A DNA stretch of 64,000 bases, taken from positions 22,520 to 86,519 of the forward strand of contig JAXHNX010000024.1 in NCBI GenBank assembly GCA_034519945.1, written 5' to 3'. The notes under the pieces are model-generated. The model was not told the DNA's origin. It did no database searches and worked only from the letters and a program-made list of their open reading frames with translations. The stretch is from Rheinheimera sp. (lineage in GTDB: Bacteria > Pseudomonadota > Gammaproteobacteria > Enterobacterales > Alteromonadaceae). Below, piece after piece: positions 9,629 to 20,377 of the stretch. Made by a program: the position numbers and the translations under genes. Each line of letters starts with the position of its first letter. Position 1 is the stretch's first letter.

Positions 9629-11436
9629 TAATAAACGTCCTTCTGATAACGTTTGCTTTCACGCAGTTGTTCGAAATAATCGGCTGCCGCTTCTTCAGTC
9701 AGGCCACCTTGATTCTGGGCGATCTGCAACAAGGCCTGGTGCACATCTTTGGCCATTTTGCTGCCATCACCACAGATATAGAGATGCGCGCCTTGCTCTA
9801 ACCAGGACCAAACTTCAGCACCTTTGGCGAGCAGTTTATCCTGCACATAGACTTTTTGCGCCTGATCACGGCTAAAAGCCACATCCAGTTTGCTCAGCAC
9901 ACCCCGTTTTAAGTAATCCTGCAGTTCCACCTGATATAAAAAATCTTGGGTGAAATGTGGATTGCCGAAGAACAACCAGTTTTGGCCAGTCGCGCCTGCG
10001 TTGTCGCGCTCTTGCAAGAAAGCGCGGAACGGCGCAATGCCGGTGCCTGGGCCAATCATAATCACTGGCGTGTCGTGGTCTGGCAGCCGGAAATTATCAT
10101 TGTGTTCAACAAAGACTTTGACCTGCTGGCCTTCGGCTAAGCGCTCGGCTAAAAAGCCAGAAGCACCGCCTAAATGGGTTTGACCAAAGGCATCAAACCG
10201 CACCACTCCGACAGTTAAATGCACTTCTTCGCCGACTTCCGCCTGGCTAGAAGCAATGGAATACAAGCGTGGTTGTTGTTTACGCAGGCTATCGACCAAC
10301 TGCTGGGCGCTTAATGAGCCTGGGAATTGCAACACCACATCAGCCGTTTGATGCTGGGCTAAAAATTCGCGTAACGCGGTTTTGTCGGTTGTCAGCTGTT
10401 GCAAAGCGGCATTGTTTGTCGCAGCGGCGTACTTTTCGACAAAAGATGGGTAAGACTGGGTCAATTCAAGCTGCTCAGTCAGCACTTTGCTGATGCTCTG
10501 CTCGGTGCCATCAAACTGCACTGTAGTGTCTGGGGCAATGCCCGTGGCGGTTAAAATAGCGCTTACCAGTGCTGGATCGTTATGGAAATACACGCCCAGC
10601 GCATCACCTGGCTGATAAGTCAGACCAGAATCCGCTAAGGAAATTTCGATATGGCGCACATCTTTGGTTGAATTGCGGCCGGTGATTTTCTGATTGACCG
10701 ACAACTCAGCTAGCAACGGATTTTGCTTGCTGTAGAGGCTATGATGACCGTCCGTCGCGCCTGGCCAAGCGATGACTTGCGCAGAAGGCGCGGTATTCGC
10801 CGCTTTGAGTAAAGGTTCAAACTGGCTCAGTGCCTGTTGTTGCCATTCGCTGGCTTGCGCATCGTAATCAACATCCAATAATGCGGCTTGATGCAGGCGT
10901 TTGGCGCCTAAAGCAGCCAGTTTGGTATCAAAATCGATGGCCGTTTGGCAAAACAAATCGTAAGAGCTATCGCCGAGGCCAAGCACCGCGTATTGCAACT
11001 GTGGTAGTTGCGGTGCTTTTTTGCCAAATAAAAACTTGTGGAAACTTACCGCTGACTCTGGCGGTTCGCCTTCGCCATAGGTCGAAGTGACGATAATCAG
11101 GAATTTTTCTTTCGAAAGCGCATTGGTTTTATAACTGGCGATATCACTGAAGGCGACCGCGAAACCTTTGCTTTCAGCGGCGGCTTTCATTTTACTGGCG
11201 ACTGCTTTGGCATTACCGGTTTGTGAGGCGTATAAAATCGTCAGCGTTGCAGCTTCAGCGACTTGTGTTGCAGCAACAGCGCCAGTGCCCTGACCCGCCA
11301 ATTGAGCCGCTGCCGCCAAATAACCGCTGACCCAGGCTTGCTGGATTGGATTGAGCTGGCTGACCAGCGCCTGTAAATCTTTAACTTGCTGCGCACTTAG
11401 CGGACTTGCTTGTGCGGTCAGTGAAGCCAGAAGCAT
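9628..11436 (-). CDS. cysJ: Sulfite reductase flavoprotein subunit
   Basis: Flavodoxin motif [24 protein letters not shown] and C-terminal RYQKDVY. Confidence 0.98.
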   Translation of the reverse strand: MLLASLTAQASPLSAQQVKDLQALVSQLNPIQQAWVSGYLAAAAQLAGQGTGAVAATQVAEAATLTILYASQTGNAKAVASKMKAAAESKGFAVAFSDIASYKTNALSKEKFLIIVTSTYGEGEPPESAVSFHKFLFGKKAPQLPQLQYAVLGLGDSSYDLFCQTAIDFDTKLAALGAKRLHQAALLDVDYDAQASEWQQQALSQFEPLLKAANTAPSAQVIAWPGATDGHHSLYSKQNPLLAELSVNQKITGRNSTKDVRHIEISLADSGLTYQPGDALGVYFHNDPALVSAILTATGIAPDTTVQFDGTEQSISKVLTEQLELTQSYPSFVEKYAAATNNAALQQLTTDKTALREFLAQHQTADVVLQFPGSLSAQQLVDSLRKQQPRLYSIASSQAEVGEEVHLTVGVVRFDAFGQTHLGGASGFLAERLAEGQQVKVFVEHNDNFRLPDHDTPVIMIGPGTGIAPFRAFLQERDNAGATGQNWLFFGNPHFTQDFLYQVELQDYLKRGVLSKLDVAFSRDQAQKVYVQDKLLAKGAEVWSWLEQGAHLYICGDGSKMAKDVHQALLQIAQNQGGLTEEAAADYFEQLRESKRYQKDVY

Positions 11437-11746
11437 AACAACACCTATCATTGATCAATTGCCTGCATTTTAGCCGTCTATATGGATGGAACTGAAAGAA
11501 TCGATCTTTCCGGCTTATGCGAAATAGTTATATAGATACAGCGCTCCGACATAGCCTTATTCTGTAAGGCTAAACCTCAACGGATCCGGCAAGTGTCGAT
11601 GATTCTGACGACTATTTAGCACTTATCACTACATGTGTTGGTATTCATTGACGGTTCACTTGTTGAATGTTATTTAAAAACAATGATTTAAATTTATGGC
11701 ATAGGCTTTGCGTTGCCAGCTTATCAACCCAAGAAGGAATTCGAAT

Positions 11747-12565
11747 ATGAAAATGCTGATAACAACTGCTTTGTTTACTGCTCTTTCTTTGTCTGCCACC
11801 GCTGCGGACAATTGTTCCCTCCAATTCAAAGATGATTTAGTCATTACCCCCAATAGTGTGCATTTAGAGCGTGCAGCAACACAATTATGGCGGATTAACG
11901 CCGATGGCCAGTTATGGCTCAACAATCAAAAAGTCCGTACTGACGCCAAAACCACCACCGCGTTACAGCAATATCAGTCTGGATTACGCCAGCAGACTCA
12001 AGAAACGGTGTTGTTAGTGGGGGAGGCTTTAGCACTGGCCTCAGATGCTGTGGGCAAAGTAGTGGCCGGATTTGGGGTGGATAACCGTCAGCTGCAAAGT
12101 TCGGTTGATCAGGCGCTTAGTGGCCTCAAAACCAAAATTGATCATCTGGTGATTGCCAATGGCGACGAAATCCGGATTAACGGCAGCAACATCAATCAGC
12201 CTGATGGGCAGTTAGCGGCTGAGTTTGAGCAGGCGATGCAACAATCAATCGCTCAGCTGACGGGGGCGGTGATGATGACGATGGGCCAAGCGATGATGCA
12301 AGGGGAAGGCACATTCGAACAACGGATGGAAAAATTTGGCCGGAAAATGGAAACATTTGGCAATGAAATCGAAGTGGAAATGGAAAGTCGCAGCGATGCC
12401 ATAGAGCTTCGTGGCAAAGCGATTTGCCGCAATTTACAGCAGCTTGATGGACTGGAGCGGCAAATCCAGGCGGCAGTGCCACAAATGGCTGCTTACGACT
12501 TAATTGATACCACCAAAGCAGGCATCAAAAACCCGTTGAAAAACACTTCAGGTCAGACCGAATAG
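11747..12565 (+). CDS. Exported YggN/DUF2884-family protein
   Basis: Signal peptide, N-terminal Cys, helical body and a late ICRNLQQLD motif typical of the family. Confidence 0.75.
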   Translation: MKMLITTALFTALSLSATAADNCSLQFKDDLVITPNSVHLERAATQLWRINADGQLWLNNQKVRTDAKTTTALQQYQSGLRQQTQETVLLVGEALALASDAVGKVVAGFGVDNRQLQSSVDQALSGLKTKIDHLVIANGDEIRINGSNINQPDGQLAAEFEQAMQQSIAQLTGAVMMTMGQAMMQGEGTFEQRMEKFGRKMETFGNEIEVEMESRSDAIELRGKAICRNLQQLDGLERQIQAAVPQMAAYDLIDTTKAGIKNPLKNTSGQTE

Positions 12566-12642
12566 CCAGTTGGTTTGAAAACGGTTACTCTCCCAACCAC
12601 ATGTTGCCGCGCACCTGCGCGGCGTTTTTTTGGAGCTTTACG

Positions 12643-13011
12643 ATGACCACCACAACCCCCACCATCCAACGCATTTTACCTGGCAACCGCTATTCAGAAG
12701 CCGTGATCGCCGGCGGTTTTATTTATTGTGCAGGCTTAGTGCCCGACAATACCGATGACGATATTGTGGCGCAGACCAAAGACGTGTTAGCGCAACTGGA
12801 TGCGTTGTTGGCACAGTGTGGTACCGACAAAATGGCAGTGGTCGATACGGTGATTTATTTAGCCGATATGGCTGATTACGCGGGGATGAATATCGCTTGG
12901 GACAGTTGGATTGCCCCAGGTCAGGCTCCGGCACGGGCGACAGTTGAAGCCCGTTTGGCTAATCCAGCGTGGCGGATTGAGATTAAAGTGACCGCATTCA
13001 AGGGTGAGTAA
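12643..13011 (+). CDS. RidA/YjgF family protein (YoaB-like)
   Basis: RYSEAV, MNIAWDSW, PARATVEARL and IEIKVTA. Confidence 0.92.
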   Translation: MTTTTPTIQRILPGNRYSEAVIAGGFIYCAGLVPDNTDDDIVAQTKDVLAQLDALLAQCGTDKMAVVDTVIYLADMADYAGMNIAWDSWIAPGQAPARATVEARLANPAWRIEIKVTAFKGE

Positions 13012-13043
13012 TGGTTGCTGATGACTGTTGAGAAAGGCAGCGG

Positions 13044-13057
13044 TGCAAACGTATGCA
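13044..13057. promoter_or_regulatory. LacI-family operator-like palindrome TGCAAACGTATGCA
   Basis: Near-perfect palindrome with a central CG, about 120 bp upstream of a GH13 gene. Confidence 0.55.
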
Positions 13058-13179
13058 AGGGCTGTTGTTGGCGGGTCTATTTAGTCTAAGCTGTGGTGAT
13101 TATAAAGCCAGCGTGCGCAAAGCTGGCAAAACAACCCTGTGACTTTAACCAAGCAGGGTCTCACAACAGGATCAAGACG

Positions 13180-14966
13180 ATGCAACCTTCATTTGTATAC
13201 AAGCCATTGGCGCTGTCTCTCGCGCTGTTACTCAGTGCCTGTCAGCCCGCAGCTGACAAACCTGCGGCCACTCCGGCTGAACCTGCGCATGCCGCGGTCA
13301 CGGCCACTGCCATCAATAATCACGCGGCCATCAGTCAGACCGAAAGCGGCAATGCTTGGTGGCTGAATGCAGTGGTTTACCAAATTTGGCCACGAAGCTT
13401 TGCCGATTCTAATGCTGACGGTCATGGCGATTTTAACGGCATCCGCGGCAAACTCCCGTATTTACACGATCTGGGGGTCGATGCGCTGTGGTTAACGCCG
13501 ATTTTTGAAGCGCCTTCTTACCACGGTTACGATTTTACCGAGTTTTATCAAGTCGAAGCGGATTACGGCAGCATGGCCGATTTTGAAGCCTTGGTGCAGG
13601 ACGCTAAAGCCAAAAATATCAGGATTATTCTCGACTTAGTGATTAACCATATCTCCGATCAACATGATTGGTTTAAACGCTCGGCGGCCGGTGAAGCGCC
13701 GTACAAAGATTATTTTATCTGGCGTGACGATTTACCAGTCGATGGTTGGGGCCCAGCCTGGGATGCCAGCAAAGTCGATCCGAAAGTGGTCTGGCACTTT
13801 AACCCAACCCGCAACGCCTATTATTACGCCGCCTTTGGTGCCTCGCAGCCTGATGTCAATCTGACGCATCCGGATGTGATTGCCGAAATGAAAAAAATGG
13901 CCAAATTTTGGCTGGATAAAGGCGTGGCAGGTTTCCGGTTAGATGCGGTGCGTTATGCCGTAGAAAGTGGCCCGGGCGGGCAGGCGGATACGCCTGAAAC
14001 CATTGCTTACTGGCAGGATTTCAGCGCTTACGTGCGTTCCATTCAACCTGATGCCATGCTGGTCGGCGAAGCCTGGGCGGATTTGCCGGTGGCCGCCAAA
14101 TATTATGGTGATGGCAAAGCGCTGGATGCCGGTTTTGATTTTGATTTTGGCTATAAAGTACTGGCGTTATTGCAAAGTGACGGCGGCGTCAAAAGCTGAA
14201 TTTGGCACCATGAATGCAGCCTTCGGCAACTGCCGGCTCAACCAGCGCTTCGCAACATGAACTGCAAAAGAATTACCAGCAGCGCATTGATGCCGGCGTG
14301 CCGATGGGCTATTTCAGCCCCTTTATCACCAATCATGATCAACCGCGGATTGGCTGGCAGCTAAAAGGCGATCAGCAAAAAGCCAAGCTGGCAGCGGCGA
14401 TGTTGTTCGCATCTCCTGGTAGCACTTATCTGTATTACGGCGAGGAAATTGGTTTAACTGCAGGCGTCAGATGCTGAGCATATTCAGCGTCGGGCACCGA
14501 TGTTGTGGGACACTTCTGCACAAGCCGGTTTTACCACGGCTGACAAATCCTGGGTGGAGTCCGCTGATTTATTCCCGCCGCAACAAGGCACCGCGTGGTG
14601 GGCACCGTTTTTAACGGACGCAGCTGCAAGGCGGCTTGACAGTTGCCGAGCAACAGCAGCAAAAAACGTCTTTATGGTCCTTGTACAAAGCTGCTGATCC
14701 AGCTGAAAAAGCAACGCCCAGAGGTGGGTGTTGCCGGTGACTATCACGCCACACCACCGACGCCTCAGGCAATTGCTGCAAATCACCCGGCAATTAGCCT
14801 GGCGGAAAAAGCACAGTATTTCTGCTGAATCTGTCTGCTGAACCCCTGACGTTGACGGCCGAACAGTTGCCAGATATGCAGCTATAAGCAGGTATGGACT
14901 GAGCAACCGGAACCCGCGGCCGTCAGCACGTTGGGGCCATGGCAATTGCGGATTTATCACAACTAA
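13180..14966 (+). CDS. GH13 alpha-amylase family lipoprotein; several frameshifts after 14190
   Basis: Lipobox LSAC, DLVINH, GFRLDAVRY and VGEAW, then FITNHD and YYGEEIG in shifted frames. Confidence 0.88.
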
Positions 14967-14985
14967 CGTTGAGCTTCACAAATTT

Positions 14986-15050
14986 TTGCAACGAGCTATT
15001 GCAACGAACGATTGCAAAAAACGAATGCAACAAACTACTGCAACAAACCC
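14986..15050. repeat. Degenerate 13-bp tandem repeat x5 with a TGCAA core
   Basis: ttgcaacgagcta ttgcaacgaacga ttgcaaaaaacga atgcaacaaacta ctgcaacaaaccc. Confidence 0.75.
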
Positions 15051-15069
15051 ATGCCGAAGCGTCGCAAGC

Positions 15070-16768
15070 TTAGTCTTGCGGCGCTGTGGGCTCGAGACGC
15101 TGTTGTCTGGGTAATTCCACAATAAAACGGCTACCTTCTCCTACAGCACTTTCATAGCGGATGTGCCCGCCATGCTTATCAACAATTGCTTTACTGATGG
15201 TCAGACCCAAGCCGGTCCCGCCTCGGGCACGGTTATCGGCGGCATCTGACTGGCTAAAAGGTTGGAAAATTCGCGCCTTGAAACTTTCGGGAATGCCTGG
15301 CCCCTGATCGGTGACACTCAGACGTAACTGATCGGCGGTAGGCTGTTCCAAATGCAACAAAACAACGCTGTTGGCTGGTGAGAACTTTGCAGCGTTAGAT
15401 AACAAATTGGCGATGACTTGCATCAAACGGTCTGGATCTGCCGTTAAAGTGCAATCAGTGGCCGTCACGGCAAAGCTGAAAGCTGACCTGATGAGCACTG
15501 GCGTAACTCGCCAGTTCCATCAACTGCATTTTGTAGCAACTGCGCGACATCCACCATTTGAAAGTGATATTCCAGTTGATTGGCTTCGATCTTTTGCAAA
15601 TCCAGAATGTCATTGATGATCCGCAGCAACCGCTGCGAGTTCTGATTGGCAATTTGCAGCATATTCAACATTTTCGGCGGTGGCTCGCCCACGGCATGAC
15701 CGAGAATCAGCCCCAAGGCACCGCGAATAGAGGTCAATGGCGTGCGTAACTCATGGCTGACGGTGGAGACAAACTGATCCTTCAGTAAGGCCAATCGTTT
15801 ACGTTCGGTGATGTCCTGAAAAGAGGCAATGCCATACGCTAATTCACCTTCGGCGTTATAGCCGGGTCTTCCCCAAGCTTGCAGCTGATGGCGTTGGCCG
15901 TCTTTAATAATTTCAATATCTTCAATCGACGCAGGTTTCACCCCGTAGCGCCCGCATGCCGGGCATCTCTTGAGGTGGGTAAGGCAATTCGGTGCCACTG
16001 ATCACCACTTTGTCGTTGCCATTTGCATCGGGTTGAAACATCGGACCCAGCATCGAGGTCGCTGCATGATTTTGATAATAGGGCTGACCATTTTTATCGC
16101 GGACTAATACGCCCAAGGGTAAATCATCAATCCATTGCCGGAATTGGTGTTTGGTGGTGACTTTGCTGGTTTCGTTGTAAGACAGCAGAGCGCGGATCAC
16201 CACAAAAAACATCACTGAATTGACAATGATATAGGTGGCCCAGGATGACGCTTGCACTAAATATAGGTTGCCGTCGATTTGCAATTGCAGCAGTCCAGAA
16301 ACAAAGCCGAATGCAATCAGACTCAGCACCAACAACGTCAGCAGTGCCATGGCAATGGCGACTTTCAGCGAATACAGTACATGGGCCATCAAACAACTGA
16401 CCACTAGCCACCACACGCCTGGCGACGCCATACCAAAAGTAAAGATGCCGGGTAAGCCAATGATCCAAAACGTAAAAATTAACAGTGCAGATTTCAGAGA
16501 TAAGGAAAGTCGTTTGGTATTCAGGGCAATGATCAATACCAACAGGCCATAAGCCAGTTGCAGCGAATAAACGGGCAACCAGCTGGTATTGATGGAGCGA
16601 GACACCGACAGTGGCACCCCAATCAATACAATCAAGATAAAACTCCGCCAGATCGCGTCAGCAAAACGGTGTTTGATTGCTTCACAGCTGTTGATTCAAA
16701 TCGGCGCGCTCAGCAGCGCTGGTGTTTTGCGGCGGTACTTTATTGCCGAGCGGGGGTACTTTGGTCAA
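15070..16768 (-). CDS. Membrane sensor histidine kinase (TM-PAS-HisKA-HATPase), frameshifted; start approximate
   Basis: HELRTPL, NLLSNAAKFS, DQGPGI and GGTGLGL are spread over three consecutive ORFs. Confidence 0.88.
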
Positions 16769-16980
16769 AGGTGGATCCGCTTTGTGATGAAGTGGGTTAA
16801 ATGTATCGATTGCCGCAATATTAGGCAAATCTGTTGGCAGAAAATTTTGCTGCGATGTGGCAACTTCAGGTTGCGCGGGAGCTTTCAGCTGAGTGTTGTC
16901 GTTGGTGAGCGCAGCTAGATTAAGTAGCTAAATGGCGCCGCTGCAGGAAGTGACTAGATACCTTCGCATCCTCACGGCGT

Positions 16981-17241
16981 TTAGCCAAAAAGATCAGGCG
17001 TGAAGGGCGATTGGTCCGCTTCAAGGCCGCTATCTGGTTTGCCTGCAAGTCTTGCGGCATCACGGCGGGCGCGCCGATGTTCCAGCAGTTTCAGGATCTT
17101 CGCCCGTTCTGCGGCGGGTTTTTGCGGCCAGTTAAAGCGTTCATCCCGCGAGCGCAGACAACCAATGCAATAACCACGGTTATTACTCTGGCAAACCCCG
17201 ATGCAGGGGTTGGGTAAGTCAAACAGCTCGAGTTGATCCAT
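16981..17241 (-). CDS. DUF1289 family small Cys protein
   Basis: PNPCIGVCQ...GYCIGCLRSRDERFNW. Confidence 0.88.
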   Translation of the reverse strand: MDQLELFDLPNPCIGVCQSNNRGYCIGCLRSRDERFNWPQKPAAERAKILKLLEHRRARRDAARLAGKPDSGLEADQSPFTPDLFG

Positions 17242-17649
17242 CGCTTGTGCACAGCTCCGGCGGTGAAGGTGAGTATACCCGTCATCCTTGAAGATACGGG
17301 GTTGTTGGCCGCCTTCATTCGCCCCAATCGCATAGACAGCTATGCTCATGGCGACTCACTCAGTTGCCGCCTACCCGTATCATCAAAGATTTAGGGTATA
17401 CAGGTCTGCATTGAGTCTACTCAATTGTCGGTTGGCTTGCCAGCCTCAGACCAGCGCTTGGTCTGGTTACATCTTTCCCGAAAATGCTGTTTATTTAACG
17501 AACGACGGCCATTTGTATGGCTATTTTCAATCAAAAGCAAAAAAACGATTGACTTAGGCCTTTTAGACGGCTATTTCTAATAGTAATTCGCACCAGCTCA
17601 GCTGGGCACCTTTTTTAAATAGATAACCAACAGAGTTATTGATACCAAA

Positions 17650-17740
17650 ATGAATTTAGTAAACCAACCTGAACATTATTGTGGTCCTCGTCGTGGTGAT
17701 TATTAGTCGCCGCGGGGGCTGCCGTTTGGGTTTCAGATAG
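17650..17740 (+). CDS. ilvL: ilv operon leader peptide (Ile/Val/Leu-rich) with one extra base
   Basis: Removing one A at about 17661 gives MNLVTNLNIIVVLVVVIISRRGGCRLGFR; lies directly before the attenuator hairpin. Confidence 0.85.
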
Positions 17741-17761
17741 ACGAAGAAACCAGATACCAGC

Positions 17762-17801
17762 AAAACCCCCGCACCGCAAGGTCCGGGGGTTTTGTCGTTT
17801 T
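17762..17801 (+). terminator. ilv attenuator terminator
   Basis: aaaacccccgcaccgcaaggtccgggggttttgtcgtttt, closely resembling the enterobacterial ilvGMEDA attenuator. Confidence 0.88.
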
Positions 17802-17834
17802 AGGGCCTGTGAAAATTCAGGCAATTGTTAATCG

Positions 17835-17889
17835 TGGGGTCAGAGTCAATTGTTAACAAAGCCGTTGTTAACAATTGACTCTGACCCCA
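17835..17889. repeat. Perfect 25-bp inverted repeat (GGGGTCAGAGTC-type palindromic element)
   Basis: tggggtcagagtcaattgttaacaa-agccg-ttgttaacaattgactctgacccca. Confidence 0.9.
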
Positions 17890-17908
17890 AATGTGAAAGG
17901 AAAAGGGT

Positions 17909-19576
17909 ATGACGGGCGCGGAATTAGTCATCAAGTTGCTGACAGAGCACGGCGTGGAAAGCATTTTTGGCTATCCTGGCGGCGCGATCATGCCGATTTA
18001 CGACGCGCTCTATCAAAGCCCGGTCAAACATTACCTGTGTCGCCATGAACAAGGCGGCGCCTTTTCTGCGATTGGTTTTGCCCGCGCTTCGGGTAAAACC
18101 GGTGTGTGTATGGCGACGTCCGGCCCTGGCGCGACCAACCTCATCACCTCGCTGGCCGATGCGTTGCTGGATTCGGTGCCAGTAGTTGCCATCACCGGTC
18201 AGGTGTCGCAAGCAGTGGCAGGAACTGATGCCTTTCAGGAAGTTGATGTCTTAGGGTTATCGCTGACGGTGACCAAACACAGCTTTTTAGTGAAAAATGT
18301 CAATGATTTAGCCGAGACGCTGCGCGAAGCATTTCGCTTGGCGCAAAGCGGTCGTCCTGGCCCTGTGCTGGTGGATATTCCCAAAGACGTGCAGTTGGCG
18401 CAGGTAGAGTATGTGGCGCCACGTGCTTTATCCGTCGTTGCCCACAATCAGGCCGCTCTGCCGCAACAACAGCTGCAATTGGCGCGCGAGCTGATTGCCT
18501 GCGCGCAAAAACCTATCGCTTATATCGGTGGTGGCGTGCATCAGGCGGATGCTTTAGCAGAGCTCAACGATTTCTTAAAAACCACCGGTATGCCCAGTGT
18601 CACCACGTTAAAAGCCATGGGCTCGGTCGATAAAACCAACCGTTATTATTTGAGCATGCTGGGCATGCACGGCACGCAAGCCGCGAATTTAGCGGTACAA
18701 CAAACGGATTTACTGATTTGTTTAGGCGCACGGTTTGACGATCGCGTCACTGGAAATCTGCAAAAGTTCGCCCCCCATGCCAAGGTGATTCATCTCGATA
18801 TCGACCCGGCTGAATTGAATAAACTGCGGCGTGCGGACTGCGCCATGCTGGGCGATTTACGAGCGTTACTGCCGCAAATGGCGGTAGCGACGAACTGCGC
18901 TGACTGGCAACAACATTGTTTGAACCTGAAGTTACAGCACGGCTGGCGGTATGATCATCCAGGTGAGCGTATTTACGCGCCGTTATTCCTGAAACAACTG
19001 AGCGAGCGGATGCCGGACAATTCGGTGGTGAGCTGCGATGTTGGCCAGCACCAAATGTGGGTGGCGCAGCATATGAGCTTTAACACGCCGCGCAATCATT
19101 TAAGCAGCGGTGGTTTGGGCACCATGGGTTTTGGTTTGCCAGCGGCGATTGGCGCGAAAATCTCCCGGCCGAATGATACCTCGATTGTGGTCAGCGGCGA
19201 CGGCTCTTTTATGATGAATGTGCAGGAACTGGCCACCATCAAACGCTTTCGTTTGCCGGTGAAAATTGTGGTGATCGACAACCAGCGCTTGGGCATGGTG
19301 AAACAATGGCAACAGCTGTTTTTTGATGGTCGCTACAGCGAAACCGATTTATCCGACAACCCGGATTTTGTCTCGTTGGCCGCCGCTTTTGCCATTCCGG
19401 GCCATAGCATCAGCCGCAAAGACGAAGTCGCCGACGCGCTGGACGCCATGTTCACCTGGCCCGGCCCGTATTTATTACACGTTCGGATTGATGAAACCGA
19501 CAACGTTTGGCCGTTAGTACCGCCAGGCGCCGCCAACCACGACATGATGACCGATTTGCCACAGTGGGAAGAATAA
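17909..19576 (+). CDS. ilvG: Acetolactate synthase II large subunit
   Basis: [16 protein letters not shown] and the GDGSFMMN ThDP motif; followed by ilvM. Confidence 0.96.
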   Translation: MTGAELVIKLLTEHGVESIFGYPGGAIMPIYDALYQSPVKHYLCRHEQGGAFSAIGFARASGKTGVCMATSGPGATNLITSLADALLDSVPVVAITGQVSQAVAGTDAFQEVDVLGLSLTVTKHSFLVKNVNDLAETLREAFRLAQSGRPGPVLVDIPKDVQLAQVEYVAPRALSVVAHNQAALPQQQLQLARELIACAQKPIAYIGGGVHQADALAELNDFLKTTGMPSVTTLKAMGSVDKTNRYYLSMLGMHGTQAANLAVQQTDLLICLGARFDDRVTGNLQKFAPHAKVIHLDIDPAELNKLRRADCAMLGDLRALLPQMAVATNCADWQQHCLNLKLQHGWRYDHPGERIYAPLFLKQLSERMPDNSVVSCDVGQHQMWVAQHMSFNTPRNHLSSGGLGTMGFGLPAAIGAKISRPNDTSIVVSGDGSFMMNVQELATIKRFRLPVKIVVIDNQRLGMVKQWQQLFFDGRYSETDLSDNPDFVSLAAAFAIPGHSISRKDEVADALDAMFTWPGPYLLHVRIDETDNVWPLVPPGAANHDMMTDLPQWEE

Positions 19577-19637
19577 CCATGAACAACGCAACAAGCAGCA
19601 CCAAACCATCAGCGCCAAACCAGGGAGCGGAAGCCCA

Positions 19638-19898
19638 ATGAGCACCCAACATACCTTAACCATCCAAACCGGCTTTGAAGTGGTGGCCATCGAGCGGTTA
19701 TTGCAAGTCACCCGTTACCGCGGTTTTCAGCTGTGCGGCATGGAAATGAAACCGCTGGCCGATCAAAGCGGTTTATTAGTGACGTTAAATATTCTCAGCG
19801 ATAAGCCGATCAGCCTGCTGACGGCACAGCTGAATAAGTTATACGATGTACAGCATCTGGAATTGCACGCACCTGCAGCGGCGGTGCTGCGCGCTTGA
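19638..19898 (+). CDS. ilvM: Acetolactate synthase II small subunit
   Basis: ERLLQVTRYRGF and LTAQLNKLYDV, ACT-like. Confidence 0.9.
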   Translation: MSTQHTLTIQTGFEVVAIERLLQVTRYRGFQLCGMEMKPLADQSGLLVTLNILSDKPISLLTAQLNKLYDVQHLELHAPAAAVLRA

Positions 19899-19907
19899 TG
19901 AGTTTAT

Positions 19908-19934
19908 GGTGGATGCGCGCGTTATCCACCCTAC
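19908..19934 (-). repeat. GTAG-family REP-like palindrome
   Basis: Minus strand reads GTAG-GGTGGAT-AACGCGCGC-ATCCACC; a related GTAGGGCGGAT starts at 20140 on plus. Confidence 0.65.
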
Positions 19935-20377
19935 GCATGAGGGTGAGAGTCGGTAATACGCAAAAATAGCCCCGGGAAGATGAACAAGCGAGCGGCCATC
20001 CCCGGGGGTAAAGCGAACTCACCCGCAGGGAAGTACGCCAAAACATGCGGATGGGGATGGTACAACGTAGGCGTACCACCCAGCAATGACGCCAAAACAT
20101 TGACCGAATGCGGAAGAGGGTATCGAGCGGACTTACCAGGTAGGGCGGATCAGCGGGAAGACGCCGTACGAAATACACGCTCGATAACAATAAATATAAA
20201 AAAAAAAGCTCGACCCATAACAGCACGGGCAAAGCCCGGCACGACCATCGCCACAGGCGATGGCAAACAACCAAGTGGCCCTGAACCAAACAACTTTCGC
20301 TGACGCATGCACTCTGCCAAGTAAACACACGCTGCCGCCGTATCACTCAAATTTAAAGAAATGCAGGAGTAAACCGC

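Noticed and set aside
19810-20350. ORFs of 65-178 aa between ilvM and ilvD
   Set aside because: Overlapping frames, no recognisable motifs and atypical composition.
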